A DNA stretch of 63,208 nucleotides, counting the filler, from Octopus bimaculoides (lineage: Eukaryota): the NCBI RefSeq assembly GCF_001194135.2. It is 4 parts of 4 records of this genome, joined end to end, with 100 filler letters (N's around TTAATTAATTAA, not from the genome) between each part and the next. Parts side by side here need not be neighbours in the genome. Positions count along the whole stretch, not along the records: positions 6,310 to 36,563 come from NC_068985.1; positions 36,664 to 50,579 come from NC_068984.1; 2 more parts are not named here. One strand, given 5' to 3'. The notes below the pieces were generated by a model. It had not been told where the DNA came from. It did not search any database and worked only from the letters and a program-made list of their open reading frames with translations. Positions 24,108 through 37,300 of the stretch are shown here, piece by piece. Positions within the stretch are counted from its first letter, which is position 1. Every line of letters begins with the position of its first letter. The position numbers and the translations under genes were made by a program.

Positions 24108-25089
24108 NNNNNNNNNNNNNNNNNNNNNNNNNNNNNNNNNNNNNNNNNNNNNNNNNNNNNNNNNNNNNNNNNNNNNNNNNNNNNNNNNNNNNNNNNNNNN
24201 NNNNNNNNNNNNNNNNNNNNNNNNNNNNNNNNNNNNNNNNNNNNNNNNNNNNNNNNNNNNNNNNNNNNNNNNNNNNNNNNNNNNNNNNNNNNNNNNNNNN
24301 NNNNNNNNNNNNNNNNNNNNNNNNNNNNNNNNNNNNNNNNNNNNNNNNNNNNNNNNNNNNNNNNNNNNNNNNNNNNNNNNNNNNNNNNNNNNNNNNNNNN
24401 NNNNNNNNNNNNNNNNNNNNNNNNNNNNNNNNNNNNNNNNNNNNNNNNNNNNNNNNNNNNNNNNNNNNNNNNNNNNNNNNNNNNNNNNNNNNNNNNNNNN
24501 NNNNNNNNNNNNNNNNNNNNNNNNNNNNNNNNNNNNNNNNNNNNNNNNNNNNNNNNNNNNNNNNNNNNNNNNNNNNNNNNNNNNNNNNNNNNNNNNNNNN
24601 NNNNNNNNNNNNNNNNNNNNNNNNNNNNNNNNNNNNNNNNNNNNNNNNNNNNNNNNNNNNNNNNNNNNNNNNNNNNNNNNNNNNNNNNNNNNNNNNNNNN
24701 NNNNNNNNNNNNNNNNNNNNNNNNNNNNNNNNNNNNNNNNNNNNNCATATATACGTACAGGTATGTGCATACCGACATCCACCTGTATGTATAGGTGCAT
24801 ATCTGGGTACAGGACATTGCAAACAAACGTAGACGAGAACACACGAGCCACATAGAGAACATTCTACTTCATCAGCTACCCACGTTTTAACACCGGCGTT
24901 TCGACGAGCTTGGGCAGGACGCATCGTTAAAACGGCTCGTCCCATGGATCGCAGATTAAATTTGTATACGCAAATTAAATCTAGCCATGGAGGAATGTAG
25001 TGGCGGACAAAAAACAAGACAGGAAAACAAACAGAAAAGGCTTTACGGCCAGACGAGAAAAATAATGTGTGTATGAACGCGATGAGGCA

Positions 25090-26097
25090 CGAACTTGAGA
25101 AGGACAAAGTGCTGCGTTATTGACCGATATACAAAGTAGTACAAGCGGTCAAGGAACCTTCTGATGCTAATCTTCTGCAGAAAGACCCAGATACCATATG
25201 TAAATGGACTGAAGAGTACTACATAAATTTAACGCAGGCAAATTCCAACCCCTCCGCTACCAGCTATTGGTGCTCAGAAGTCACGAAAACGATATCTGGT
25301 CCGTCCAAAAGGAGCGGCAATCCTAGACTCACATATCGTGTGTGATCTTTGGATTGATATGAGCAACGATGCCTTGTTTCAGATGCATATCACTAATATG
25401 GTGGTAGTGTGCAGGCGAATGGCCGGATGGATTCTGAAAACCTTCAGAACAAGGGACTAGGAAACTATGCTGGTCCTATGGAGGACATTTGTCCTCAGAC
25501 GTCCGGACTACTGTTTTGAACTGTGGCCACCTTACAGTGTAGGATTAATAGCAGAACTTGAGGCGGTTGAGCGATGCTATACGAGGAAGATTGTATCAAT
25601 GGAATAGCTGAGCTACTGGGAGAGATTGAGAGAGCTACGACTCTACTCCCAGGAACGAAGACGAGAGAGGCTGGCAGTGATATATGTGTGTAAGATACTG
25701 GAAAGGCTGGCACCAAACTTTCGAATTGAGAGTTCTACAGGACCTCGAATTGGACGTCACTGCACTGTTCCAAAAGTCACAGTTGTCTCAACTAAAGCGT
25801 TAACCATGTATTGCAACAGCTTGGGATTCAAGGGGCCGCCGCTATTTAACGCCTTGCCAAAGCATCTGAGGGATCTCCATGGAGTTGGGGTAGATGTTTC
25901 CAAGAAACAATTTGACCTCTTGCTATCCAAGATCCCAGATGAACCAATATCAAGACAGCAAACTCAAAAGAGGGCAGCGAAATCGAACTCCCTGCTCCAC
26001 CAAATGCCAATCACATTGAATTGGCCAATTAAAAGGTGATAACACTGGCGGTGCCCAGCATGGCCACAACCTCAGGGCTGAAACATATAAAAGAATA
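25090..26097 (+). mobile_element. CR1-like LINE 3' portion with short 3' tail
   Basis: Translation WILKTFRTRD..MLVLW..FV...DYC..LWPPY...ELEAVERCYTRKI...YWERLRELRLYSQERRRER...NSLGFKGPPLFNALPKHLR...IPDEP, typical of CR1-group ORF2 ends. Confidence 0.85.
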
Positions 26098-26761
26098 TGT
26101 ATCTATATATAGTAAAGTGAGTCCCCACATCTAAGTGGCAGTAGAATGCTACTACTAGTTTAACCGTAGGCAGATTCTCCGCTTTGATGTGGCCACATGC
26201 TTTACTGTTTAGTATATACATTAATACTCTATCTCTTCTTGGGATTTTATAATTAGCTATTTTGCGTATATATATATATATATATANNNNNNNNNNNNNN
26301 NNNNNNNNNNNNNNNNNNNNNNNNNNNNNNNNNNNNNNNNNNNNNNNNNNNNNNNNNNNNNNNNNNNNNNNNNNNNNNNNNNNNNNNNNNNNNNNNNNNN
26401 NNNNNNNNNNNNNNNNNNNNNNNNNNNNNNNNNNNNNNNNNNNNNNNNNNNNNNNNNNNNNNNNNNNNNNNNNNNNNNNNNNNNNNNNNNNNNNNNNNNN
26501 NNNNNNNNNNNNNNNNNNNNNNNNNNNNNNNNNNNNNNNNNNNNNNNNNNNNNNNNNNNNNNNNNNNNNNNNNNNNNNNNNNNNNNNNNNNNNNNNNNNN
26601 NNNNNNNNNNNNNNNNNNNNNNNNNNNNNNNNNNNNNNNNNNNNNNNNNNNNNNNNNNNNNNNNNNNNNNNNNNNNNNNNNNNNNNNNNNNNNNNNNNNN
26701 NNNNNNNNNNNNNNNNNNNNNNNNNNNNNNNNNNNNNNNNNNNNNNNNNNNNNNNNNNNNN

Positions 26762-26801
<40 letters not shown>

Positions 26802-27639
26802 CATGTATGTATGTATGTGCGTGTGTATGTATGCATGTATGTATGTGTGTATATATGCATGTATGTATGTATGTATGTATGTAAGTATGTGTGTATATAT
26901 GTGTGTATGTATGTATGTATGTATGTATGTATGCATGTATGCATGTATATATGTGTGTATGTATGTATACACACACACATACACATATATTACATGGATA
27001 CGAATACGAGCATCTTGTAACAGCCGTACAACCGTAATAAGTTTCGAAATAAGAAAAGTAATGCGTAATCAATTATTAATATTGTATTTTCTAAATATCT
27101 AGAATGACGCTTCAATATATTAAATGTAGAAATGTAATTAAAGTACAAATAAAGTCTACTTTTTCACTTCAAATTCAAACGAAATATTTACAAAATGCTG
27201 GGTTTAAATTAAAAAATGGCAAACATATTTAAATGTGGGGTTAGTTGTTGAATCTATGTAATTCATAACCGTTTTAACACCGATTTTTCTTGAAAATTTT
27301 GAAAAGTTTACTTTTAAAATTAGCTTTGGACATATGTTATCTAATATCTTTAAGAAAAAACGTTGTCTAGATCAGAATTACTGAGATCTATAGTTTTGGA
27401 TACGAAAGACGAAATGAAATGTTGAGTAAATACGATTAGATGCAGATGGTACGCTGCTACTAGCTTCCCAGTTAAATGAGGGAGGAGAGAAGGCTGTAAT
27501 ATCTCAGACGTTAGGAGAAATAGAAGAGCATATTTGAATAATTAAAATCAACGTGTCTGTAATCGAAAATTTTCGGAAGCCACTAGATTTGTTTACCTAT
27601 TCGTTTGCTAATTATCTGGAACGTTCTATTTAACAGCTA

Positions 27640-27970
27640 TAACAAGCTATTTAACAGAGCTGAGCATCAAACTGTTTCTCATCTCCCCTCCAGTCCGGCA
27701 GACCTTGCTCCCTGGGACTTTTGGGTGTTCCATAAACTGAAGGAGAAACTCCGCGGCAGACTTTTTGAGGACGAAGGAGGCTGTGACAAGGGTCCTGCAC
27801 ACCTTCACTTTGGAGAACCTCCATGGGGACCTTCCTTAAGTGACTGGAGCCCTACCAAATGCGCATTGCGGTCAGAGAAACTTGCTTTGATGAAGGCTAG
27901 AGTTTTATACTTCTTTGAAATTATTAAAACGTTCCTTAGAAAGTCTGAAAACCTTTTGAATGGACTTTAT
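27640..27970 (+). mobile_element. Mariner transposase C-terminal remnant
   Basis: HLPSSPADLAPWDFWVFHKLKEKLRGRLFED resembles HPPYSPDLAPxDFxLF..LK..LRG..F. Confidence 0.85.
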
Positions 27971-27989
27971 ATATATAGGGAGAATTCAC

Positions 27990-28160
27990 AAAAAATAACA
28001 AAAAACAAAAAGACGAAGACAGGTGGTATAGACAACAAACACATGTATCAGTTTAACGCTTGGGAAGTGAAAAAGTTTTTAACGTTTCAAGCCTACGCTC
28101 TTTCACAGAAAGGAACACAGAAAGAAACAAGGAGAGAAAATAAAGAGAGAAAATAATATA
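27990..28160 (-). mobile_element. Penelope-like terminal repeat (family of 5896-6060)
   Basis: gacgaagacaggtggt...acgtttcaagcctacgctctttcacagaaagg. Confidence 0.6.
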
Positions 28161-28723
28161 TANNNNNNNNNNNNNNNNNNNNNNNNNNNNNNNNNNNNNN
28201 NNNNNNNNNNNNNNNNNNNNNNNNNNNNNNNNNNNNNNNNNNNNNNNNNNNNNNNNNNNNNNNNNNNNNNNNNNNNNNNNNNNNNNNNNNNNNNNNNNNN
28301 NNNNNNNNNNNNNNNNNNNNNNNNNNNNNNNNNNNNNNNNNNNNNNNNNNNNNNNNNNNNNNNNNNNNNNNNNNNNNNNNNNNNNNNNNNNNNNNNNNNN
28401 NNNNNNNNNNNNNNNNNNNNNNNNNNNNNNNNNNNNNNNNNNNNNNNNNNNNNNNNNNNNNNNNNNNNNNNNNNNNNNNNNNNNNNNNNNNNNNNNNNNN
28501 NNNNNNNNNNNNNNNNNNNNNNNNNNNNNNNNNNNNNNNNNNNNNNNNNNNNNNNNNNNNNNNNNNNNNNNNNNNNNNNNNNNNNNNNNNNNNNNNNNNN
28601 NNNNNNNNNNNNNNNNNNNNNNNNNNNNNNNNNNNNNNNNNNNNNNNNNNNNNNNNNNNNNNNNNNNNNNNNNNNNNNNNNNNNNNNNNNNNNNNNNNNN
28701 NNNTATGTTTATATGAAAAAAAG

Positions 28724-28880
28724 TCAAGGTAGAAAATGCTAAAATAATTTTATAAAAAACATTTCAGTATCGGTTTCGGTCATTGAGACTTTTTCAACTG
28801 TAAGAACAGAAAACAATTAAAGTTTGGAAATATTAAAAGAAAAGTTTTTTTAAAAGAATATTTGCATAGTATTCAAATAC
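28724..28880 (-). mobile_element. Probable Penelope-like terminal remnant with a degenerate hammerhead-like motif (28763-28803)
   Basis: Reverse complement ttacagTTGAAAA AGTC-TCAAT-GACC GAAAC CGAT ACTG. Confidence 0.4.
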
Positions 28881-28942
28881 AAGTGGCATTTTCCTTGATA
28901 CTGCTTGTTTCTGTCTCTCGTGTGTTCCTTTTCAACCTTCTA

Positions 28943-28983
<41 letters not shown>

Positions 28984-31027
28984 ATGTATATGTATGTATG
29001 TAAGATAGATAGATAGATAGATATACATTTTTATATACGTACAGATATGTACGTGTGTAAGAGAGTTGAAGATTAATATAAGCATTTGAAAGAGAAAGAC
29101 AAAGACAAAGTGTATGAACAAATATAAATTTAAATAAAGAAGTTGAAAAATGGAGTTAGTATTGCGAAATATATTTTAGGGCTATGTTCTATTTGTATCA
29201 ACATTGTTAAGAGAAGTTATTTTTATAGTTAGATAATGTAAGAATAAAATTAATTTACAATATATCAGTACTGGATGTGAAGAATTTAAAATGGTTAAAA
29301 TCATACTTCAAAAACTATATATAAAAGAAATCGTGCGTTAGCTTCCAAATTTGGCAAAGAATTTAAGAACAGCATCAGAAAAACAGAATAGTTACCTGAA
29401 GACGCTCTGATTAAACTCTGTTTGTTCCAATGATAAATGTCTTCTATTTATATCATTGAGCCTACATATGACATCCAAATTAAAGTGATGTGTCTCTATG
29501 ACACTAATTGGGATTGCTAAAATAAACTATAAACTATACAAAAGAATATGGGTGTATTAATCTAGTATTAACACTAACTATTTATTTATCAGTCTATTCA
29601 GATATCCATCTATTGAAGTGTCAAATTCTTTACACAATATAATGTTAGTAATTGACACTTTAACTTATTCATTCGTATCTAAAGATGTAAATATGCGTGC
29701 AGTTGTATCTAAGTTTGTGCATGTATGTGCAAATGAGTGCATATACAATATATATGTATTAGTGTGAAAGCTCATGTGTGTGTGTATATATATATCTGTC
29801 TGTTTGTCTTTTGTCTATCTAAGGTGTGATTCCCACTTAATATGCATCAATCTCTTAAGAATATTTATCTGCAACAATTCTTTACAGAACGCAATTATAC
29901 ATAATATACTTCTAAATGTTGCTATGGTCTGTTTTCTTTGACCTCAATCTGATGCTAACCTGTCACTGATCATAACGCCATTCGTATGTCCTTGTTAATG
30001 TCTGAAATGATATATGATTACCATATTTTATTGTAGTATTTCAGAGATTACTATTTCATACAGGGTTTCGAAGATGGTGAAAGAAAATTTTTAAACAGTA
30101 TATATAGTCGTTTATTTAATTAAAATCGGATTTAAGGTTTGAACATTTTCGTAATTAATCTGATATTTAATTATATTACCTATCTTTAAATAATATATCA
30201 CAATACACTAAATACTATAAATGCATCAAAAGATAACGATTAAAATAGGGATTCTCTGAGCAATACATTGACAAGTTGTTTGAGGTGAATGCTTTGCTGA
30301 AGACATCTAAATAAAAATGAAATATGCACAGAATTATGTTTTGCATTTGTCTAAAGGAATAAAATGAGATTAATCAAGGCATTAATGATTATTTTTGTTG
30401 AACACATTTTTTTCTAAATGATCATTTTATGCTCACAATACTGAGAATATTAGAACTAAACTATTGTCTTTCGTGCGGGTGGCATCTCCTAACCCAGGTG
30501 TCTACAAAGTGGTCAATGGGACTATTCATGGGGTCAGTAAATGCACATCTACTTTATTATTATTATTATTTATTTTCTTGGACATAGGTAAATAAATTCA
30601 TTTATTTTCTTGGACATGCCTGGCGGGGTCGATGAGGGATGAATGATTCCACGAAGGGGTAATTATCTAAATAACCAGAGTATTTTATATTTATGAAATG
30701 TTGGGAATCGACCATAGTCGAATCAGTTGCTGTTACTCCCCTCTCGTGTATCGCGTTTCATATCAAGAAGGTATTTAGTGAAAATTACATCTAGTAAAAA
30801 GAACTTTTCAACGTAAATTTATCACGAATTTGAATGAGTCATTGACAAAGCGCGGCCTGTTTGACCTTCGGAATGGCATGCCAACATAAAATCTGCCTTG
30901 AATTTTTGTAGCAGTGCAGCCCACCTGATGATAATTCATGTCTCATCCGGCCCGCATCTCCAGAAAGGTTACACATTTAGATTCTGAATGAATTCTATTT
31001 TTATCATGCAATCAAATTTGTTGTAAA

Positions 31028-31243
31028 GGCGGCGAGCTGGCAGAAACGTTAGCACGCCGGGCGAAATGCTTAGCGGTATTTCGTCTGCCGTTACGTTCTG
31101 AGCTCAAATTCCGCCGAGGTCGATTTAGCCTTCCATCCTTTCGGAGTCGATAAATTAAGTACCAGAGTTACGTACTGTTGTCGATCTAATCGACTGGCCC
31201 CTCCCCCAAAATTTCGGGCCTTGTGCCTACAGTAGAAGAGAAT
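31028..31243 (+). mobile_element. tRNA-derived SINE family A, well preserved
   Basis: A-box-like tggcagaaacgttag and B-box-like gagctcaaattcc; body gtcgataaattaagtacc; tail gggccttgtgcc. Confidence 0.85.
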
Positions 31244-31630
31244 TGAATTTGTTGTAATACAAAATTGTTATTTTAGCTCTCCTTTCTCTACGTGACGTAC
31301 ACTCATTTCCTCTTTCTGTATCTCACTTTCTCTGTCTTTCTAGTTTAAGCTCAGCGCTGCGGCCATGCTGATGCACCAAAAGAAACTTCTATTCAGGTTT
31401 TTCCTCATTTTTGCTAACCTCTTGTTAACCATGAACACATTATTTAACTATTAACTTCGAGTACTGTTGTTCGAGATCTATGTATTCTTATTTGAAGAAA
31501 AATATATTCGATGTACTTCTGAAAACATAGCTAAATGTTTTAATAAAGATAACGAAAAGTCAAAGATAATTATTTTGACATCTTTATTGGCTACATGAGT
31601 GTAAGAATATGATACGCAAAAGTTTGGTCG

Positions 31631-31671
<41 letters not shown>

Positions 31672-32483
31672 NNNNNNNNNNNNNNNNNNNNNNNNNNNNN
31701 NNNNNNNNNNNNNNNNNNNNNNNNNNNNNNNNNNNNNNNNNNNNNNNNNNNNNNNNNNNNNNNNNNNNNNNNNNNNNNNNNNNNNNNNNNNNNNNNNNNN
31801 NNNNNNNNNNNNNNNNNNNNNNNNNNNNNNNNNTATATATATATATATATATATGACAAAAAAGGAAAAGAAAATTAATTGGCATTGCAAAAAATTTACA
31901 ACAGAATTGACAACATGTTAGGAATTTCATAAACAATAGAAGCAACACAAGAAAGAACGAGAACTTACTATCAAGGAATGATTGGAGCACAGTGCGATTC
32001 AGATCACATTCTTATCGGAGCACCCATTGCATTTGCGCAACTAAACCTACCTCTTCCAGATTCAGAGTTTATTAGCATGTTCGATATTGGCCAAACCTTT
32101 AACTCCGAAATATTCTGTGAAGAGTGTGTGATTAAACCAGTTATCATTTCGTAGCTTGAAGCTTTCGTCTACAATCAACTTTGAATCGAGCACGGTAATT
32201 ATCCACTTTCAGCTTTTCCAGCAATTCTACTAGAAATTATTTTTCCTTCGAGGAACCATGGACTTCAACCAGGGTAAGCAGACAGGTGCATTTCTGTACG
32301 TCCTGTTTGTGTTTTTAGTATTCATATCTTTAGTCTGTGTCCATTTTGTATACAACTGTTCTTATTGTTTCTGTTTTCGGTAGATTTCCCCACTATCGCA
32401 AAGCGATGAATTGAAGCTACTGCTGCTGGAAGCCCTCAGCCTATTCATTCCTGGTGGCGTAGATTTTGCTTCGATTTCTCACA

Positions 32484-33215
<732 letters not shown>

Positions 33216-33234
33216 AATAATGATTATCATTCTT

Positions 33235-33428
33235 TCTACTATAGGTACTAGTCCTGAAATTTGGGGAAGGGGGAAGTCGATTACATCGACCTCAGTATCT
33301 CACTGGTACTTAATTTATCGACCCGAATGGATAAAAGGCAAAGTAAAGATCGTCGGAATTTGAATCCAGATTGTAGTGACGGGCGAAATACTGTTAAGCA
33401 TTTTCCCAACGATTCCGCCAGCTAGCTG
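33235..33428 (-). mobile_element. SINE family A
   Basis: ggtactagtcctgaaatttgggg...gtcgattacatcgacc...tactgttaagcatttt. Confidence 0.75.
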
Positions 33429-33432
33429 TCTT

Positions 33433-33451
33433 AATAATAATAATAATAATG

Positions 33452-33527
<76 letters not shown>

Positions 33528-33584
33528 TAATAATAATAATAATGATAATAATAATCCTTTCTACTAAAGGTGTTACTATTATTA

Positions 33585-33648
<64 letters not shown>

Positions 33649-33726
33649 CATTATTGCTGCTGCTGCTGCTGTTGTTGTTGTTGTTGCTGTTGTTGTTGTT
33701 GTTGTTGTTGTTGCTATTGTTGTTGT
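33433..33726. repeat. (AAT)n, 22-bp spacer, (ATT)n, then (GCT)/(GTT)n compound microsatellite
   Basis: Directly visible. Confidence 0.95.
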
Positions 33727-33728
33727 TT

Positions 33729-33903
33729 GGCGAGCTGGCAGAATCGTTAGCATGCCCCGAAAAATGCTTAGTGGCATTTCGTCCGTCTGCACGTTCTGAG
33801 TTCAAATTCTGCCGTGTCGATTTTACTTTTCACCTTTTAGGGGTCGATAAACTAAGAACCAGTGAGGCACTGGATTTGGTGTAATCGACTTACCCCTATC
33901 CCG
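33729..33903 (+). mobile_element. SINE family A
   Basis: ggcgagctggcagaatcgttagc...gagttcaaattctgcc. Confidence 0.8.
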
Positions 33904-33909
33904 AAAGTG

Positions 33910-34865
33910 TTGCATAGAATGTTGAGCGATGGCTTGGAAACAGTATGGCGAAGTGGAGAATGGAACTGACAGCATATGAAACAAGTTTAGGGACAATAGA
34001 AACCTGGACAGGCATCTTCCAAGGGGAGTACCTGTTCCCACTGATCTTTGTACTGTGCTTGATACCACTAACACTGATTCTGAGGAAAGCAAAGGCTGGG
34101 TATGTATTCAAGAGCCGCCATCAAAAAGTCAACCACTTGTTATTCATGAATGACTTCAAACTTTGTGATAAAAAGGAATCCCAAGTCATTTTCCTCGTTG
34201 ATACGGTGTATACTTTCAGTGTTGATGTCAGAATGGAATTCGGACTGAAAAAATGTGGTGTGTTACTCTTGAAGAGACTATGTATGGACGGGCTAGCGAT
34301 ACCGTCGGGGAAAGTTATGAAGTAGATAGAAGAGGCGGGTTATAAGTACTTGAGGATATTGGTAATTAGTGGATAAATTGATGGAGAAAGAAATGACAGG
34401 AAAATTTAAGGTGTAGTACTTGCGCAGATTGAGACTGATCCTCAAGTTGAAATTAAACGACGGAATAAGATTGAAGCTATCAACATCTGGGCGGCTTCAC
34501 TCTTTAGATATGGACCAGGGGTAATCACATTGACAACAGACGAACTAAGCAGCTTAGACAGAAAGACAAGGAAGTTGCTGACTAGATATGGGATACTCCA
34601 CCCAAAACGTGACACAGACAGACTATATGTACCAAGAAAAAGATGGGGAAGAGGACTGATTGGATGCGAACACAGCATTAGGGCAGAAGAAAACAACATA
34701 TCGTGGTATGTAAAAAATGCCACAGAACCACTATTATTGGAAGTAAGAAGTCAGGTTTGAGCAGGATCGAAGATTGCAAAGATAAAGCACTGTACAAGCA
34801 CTTGAAAATGAATGAAACTGAAAATAGGTGGATGAAGAAAAGAATGTATGGACAATTTGCTGGGA
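33910..34865 (+). mobile_element. Decayed R4/Dong-clade non-LTR retrotransposon RT region
   Basis: GIFQGEYLFPLIFVLCLIPL...VNHLLFMNDFKL...MEFGLKKCG, then LDRKTRKLLTRYGILHPKRDTDRLYVPRKRWGRGLI, with stops and frameshifts. Confidence 0.88.
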
Positions 34866-35480
34866 GGTAGCACTTCCCTCTCTACTCTGATTTTCCTATT
34901 CAAATGAAAAAGTTGATGAGGGTTTGGCCAAAGAAGAAAGTGCCTGTCATCAGCCCTTTCAACTTGGTCCACCACACAACCGCTTTCGCTAAGGCTATCG
35001 GACAAAGAAACACTGCCTGCCCTTCCCGGCCAAAAGAAGGTGGCGGGGTGATCTTCACGATGGACTCAGTCGATAGCCGGATTCGTCCTACACGCGACAG
35101 CAGGTGTTCGACATAAATCCACAAGTCAGCAATGGACGAGTGGGTAGTGTGCATCTCGGGCAGGCCCGGCTAACGGCACTTCGTGCCTGTAGAGTTTATT
35201 CCGAAATGGTAATGCCCCTCTCCCCGCCCGGCTAGCACTGCCAGGCCAAGGATTTTTGGTAATTATCCATAGGACCCGGAAGTCCTCCGAAACAGACTAA
35301 CCAGTTCATTCTCGTCGACGCGCAGAAATTCCTTGAGAACGTCGTCGCACTCGCCCGTCACTAGCTCTCTAAGCCTGTGTAGAACTTCCACCAACCACAT
35401 TGTCCGACTGACAGAAGGTTGTCAGGACATGACAACACTGTAAATGCCAGGCGCCCTGTCACGGTCTACGCTTGACCAAG
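34866..35480 (-). mobile_element. Tx1/L1-type LINE ORF2 C-terminal remnant
   Basis: IADLWIYVEHLLSRVGRIRLSTESIVKITPPPSFGREGQAVFLC..ALAKAVVWWTKLKG...LINFF resembles L1/Tx1 C-termini after the zinc knuckle. Confidence 0.65.
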
Positions 35481-36201
35481 TACTGTAGCTCAGTCAAAGA
35501 GATCATTTTGTGTGTAATAGAGTGGACAAAGTTGGTGAATGAATTATTCAAAGCATTATGTTTACAAAATTGAATTTGAATTTATTTTATAATTCTTATT
35601 TCTTTGCATACATCATATATATATATGTATGTATTTATGTATTTATGTATGTATGTATGTATGTATGTATGTATGTATGCGTGTATGTATGCATGTATGT
35701 ATGTATGTATGTATGCATGTATGTGTGTATGAATGTATGTGTGATTCTTCGTGGTTGTGCTTCATCGGTATGGAGTGACAGATAGACAATCCTGGTTATA
35801 GTCTTCATCCTAAATTAAGTAAAAAATAAAAAAAGAGAGAAAGTGAAACTAAAATGGTAAGAGAGAAAAATATACCTTAATATACTAAAGCAATTATTCA
35901 GAGTTAAAATGCAAGTTGGATGAGAGATATCTTGTTTTCTGCTTCTTTTCTGATTTATTTTTATATTTTATATTTTCATTTATTTATTAATTTTTTTTAT
36001 ATGTATGGGTCATATTTGCAAGTCGTTTTGCATGCGTGCTTTGAAATCTATTGTATTCTGCTTTGTCTTTTCGTTAATAAAGAGATTTGGGAAAAATATC
36101 TGCAATAATTTTGTGAGAAATAATTTGGCATTTGTTCGTTGGGGTATTACTGTTTCACTCAGGAGTGTTTGTGAATTGGTTCAACATTGCCATGAGGAAA
36201 T

Positions 36202-36531
36202 GGAGGCGCAATGGCCCAGTGGTTAGGGCAGCGGATTCGCGGCCATAGGATCGTGGTTTCGATTCCCAGACCGGACTTTGTGAGTGTTTATTGAGCGAAA
36301 ACACCTAAAGCTCTACGAGGCTCCGGCAGGGGATGGTGGCGAACCCTGCTGGACTCTTCCACGACAACTTTCTCTCACTCTTCCTGTTTCTGTTGTGCCT
36401 GTAATTTAAAGGGTCAGCCTTGTCACACTGTGTCACGCTGAATATCCCCGAGAACTACGTTAAGGGTACACGTGTTCCGTTGATCCGATCAGCTGGAACC
36501 CTCGACGTCGTAAGCGACGGAGTGCCAACAA
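36202..36531 (+). mobile_element. SINE family B with a roughly 48-bp internal deletion
   Basis: Compared with the 5046-5432 and 21503 copies it lacks ctgtggagtgctcagcc...gcaggctgt. Confidence 0.85.
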
Positions 36532-36663
36532 GAAGCCATGAGGAAACTCGTCTTCAGATGCATNNNNNNNNNNNNNNNNNNNNNNNNNNNNNNNNNNNNN
36601 NNNNNNNTTAATTAATTAANNNNNNNNNNNNNNNNNNNNNNNNNNNNNNNNNNNNNNNNNNNN

Positions 36664-36697
<34 letters not shown>

Positions 36698-37157
36698 TCA
36701 AGTCGTTTCCCGTAAGCAAATATATATATGCATGCATGCGCCCGTGCGTTTATGTAAGATAGTTAGTTGACGGCAGACAAATACACGCGCACACACACGC
36801 ACACACACATTCACGCACGCACATATATATATATGTACGTGTAGGCGGGTGTGCTGTGTGTGTGTTTGTGTTTTGTATGTGTGTCTGTATGGATATGTCT
36901 GTGTGATTTTGCGTATGTGCGTGTGGAAGTGGGTGTGCGAGTTCTTTTGCACGTTTGGGTTTGATTAAGTATGGCTTCTGTTAAGTCGATTTCTATTTTG
37001 TACCAGATTGATAATTCCAAACTGAAGTCTAAAAAGAAATAAATGAATACATATAACAATAACAACAACAACAACAACAACAACAACAATAGCAACTACA
37101 ACAGCAATATCAGCTATACAGATACATTAAAAAAACACAAGCAAATGTATATATATA

Positions 37158-37221
37158 TGTGTGTGTGTGTGTTTGTTTGTGTGTGTGTGTGTGTGTGTGT
37201 GTGAGTGCGCGTGTGTGTGTA

Positions 37222-37298
<77 letters not shown>
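37158..37298. repeat. (TG)n microsatellite
   Basis: Directly visible. Confidence 0.95.

Positions 37299-37300
<2 letters not shown>

Noticed and set aside
31028-31110. tRNA-like A/B boxes here and in other SINE heads
   Set aside because: They continue into SINE bodies and do not form complete cloverleaves; no genuine tRNA gene is called.
31930-32155. Plus-strand frame TIEATQERTRTYYQGMIGAQCDSDHILIG...
   Set aside because: No recognisable family and no consistent splice sites with open phase.
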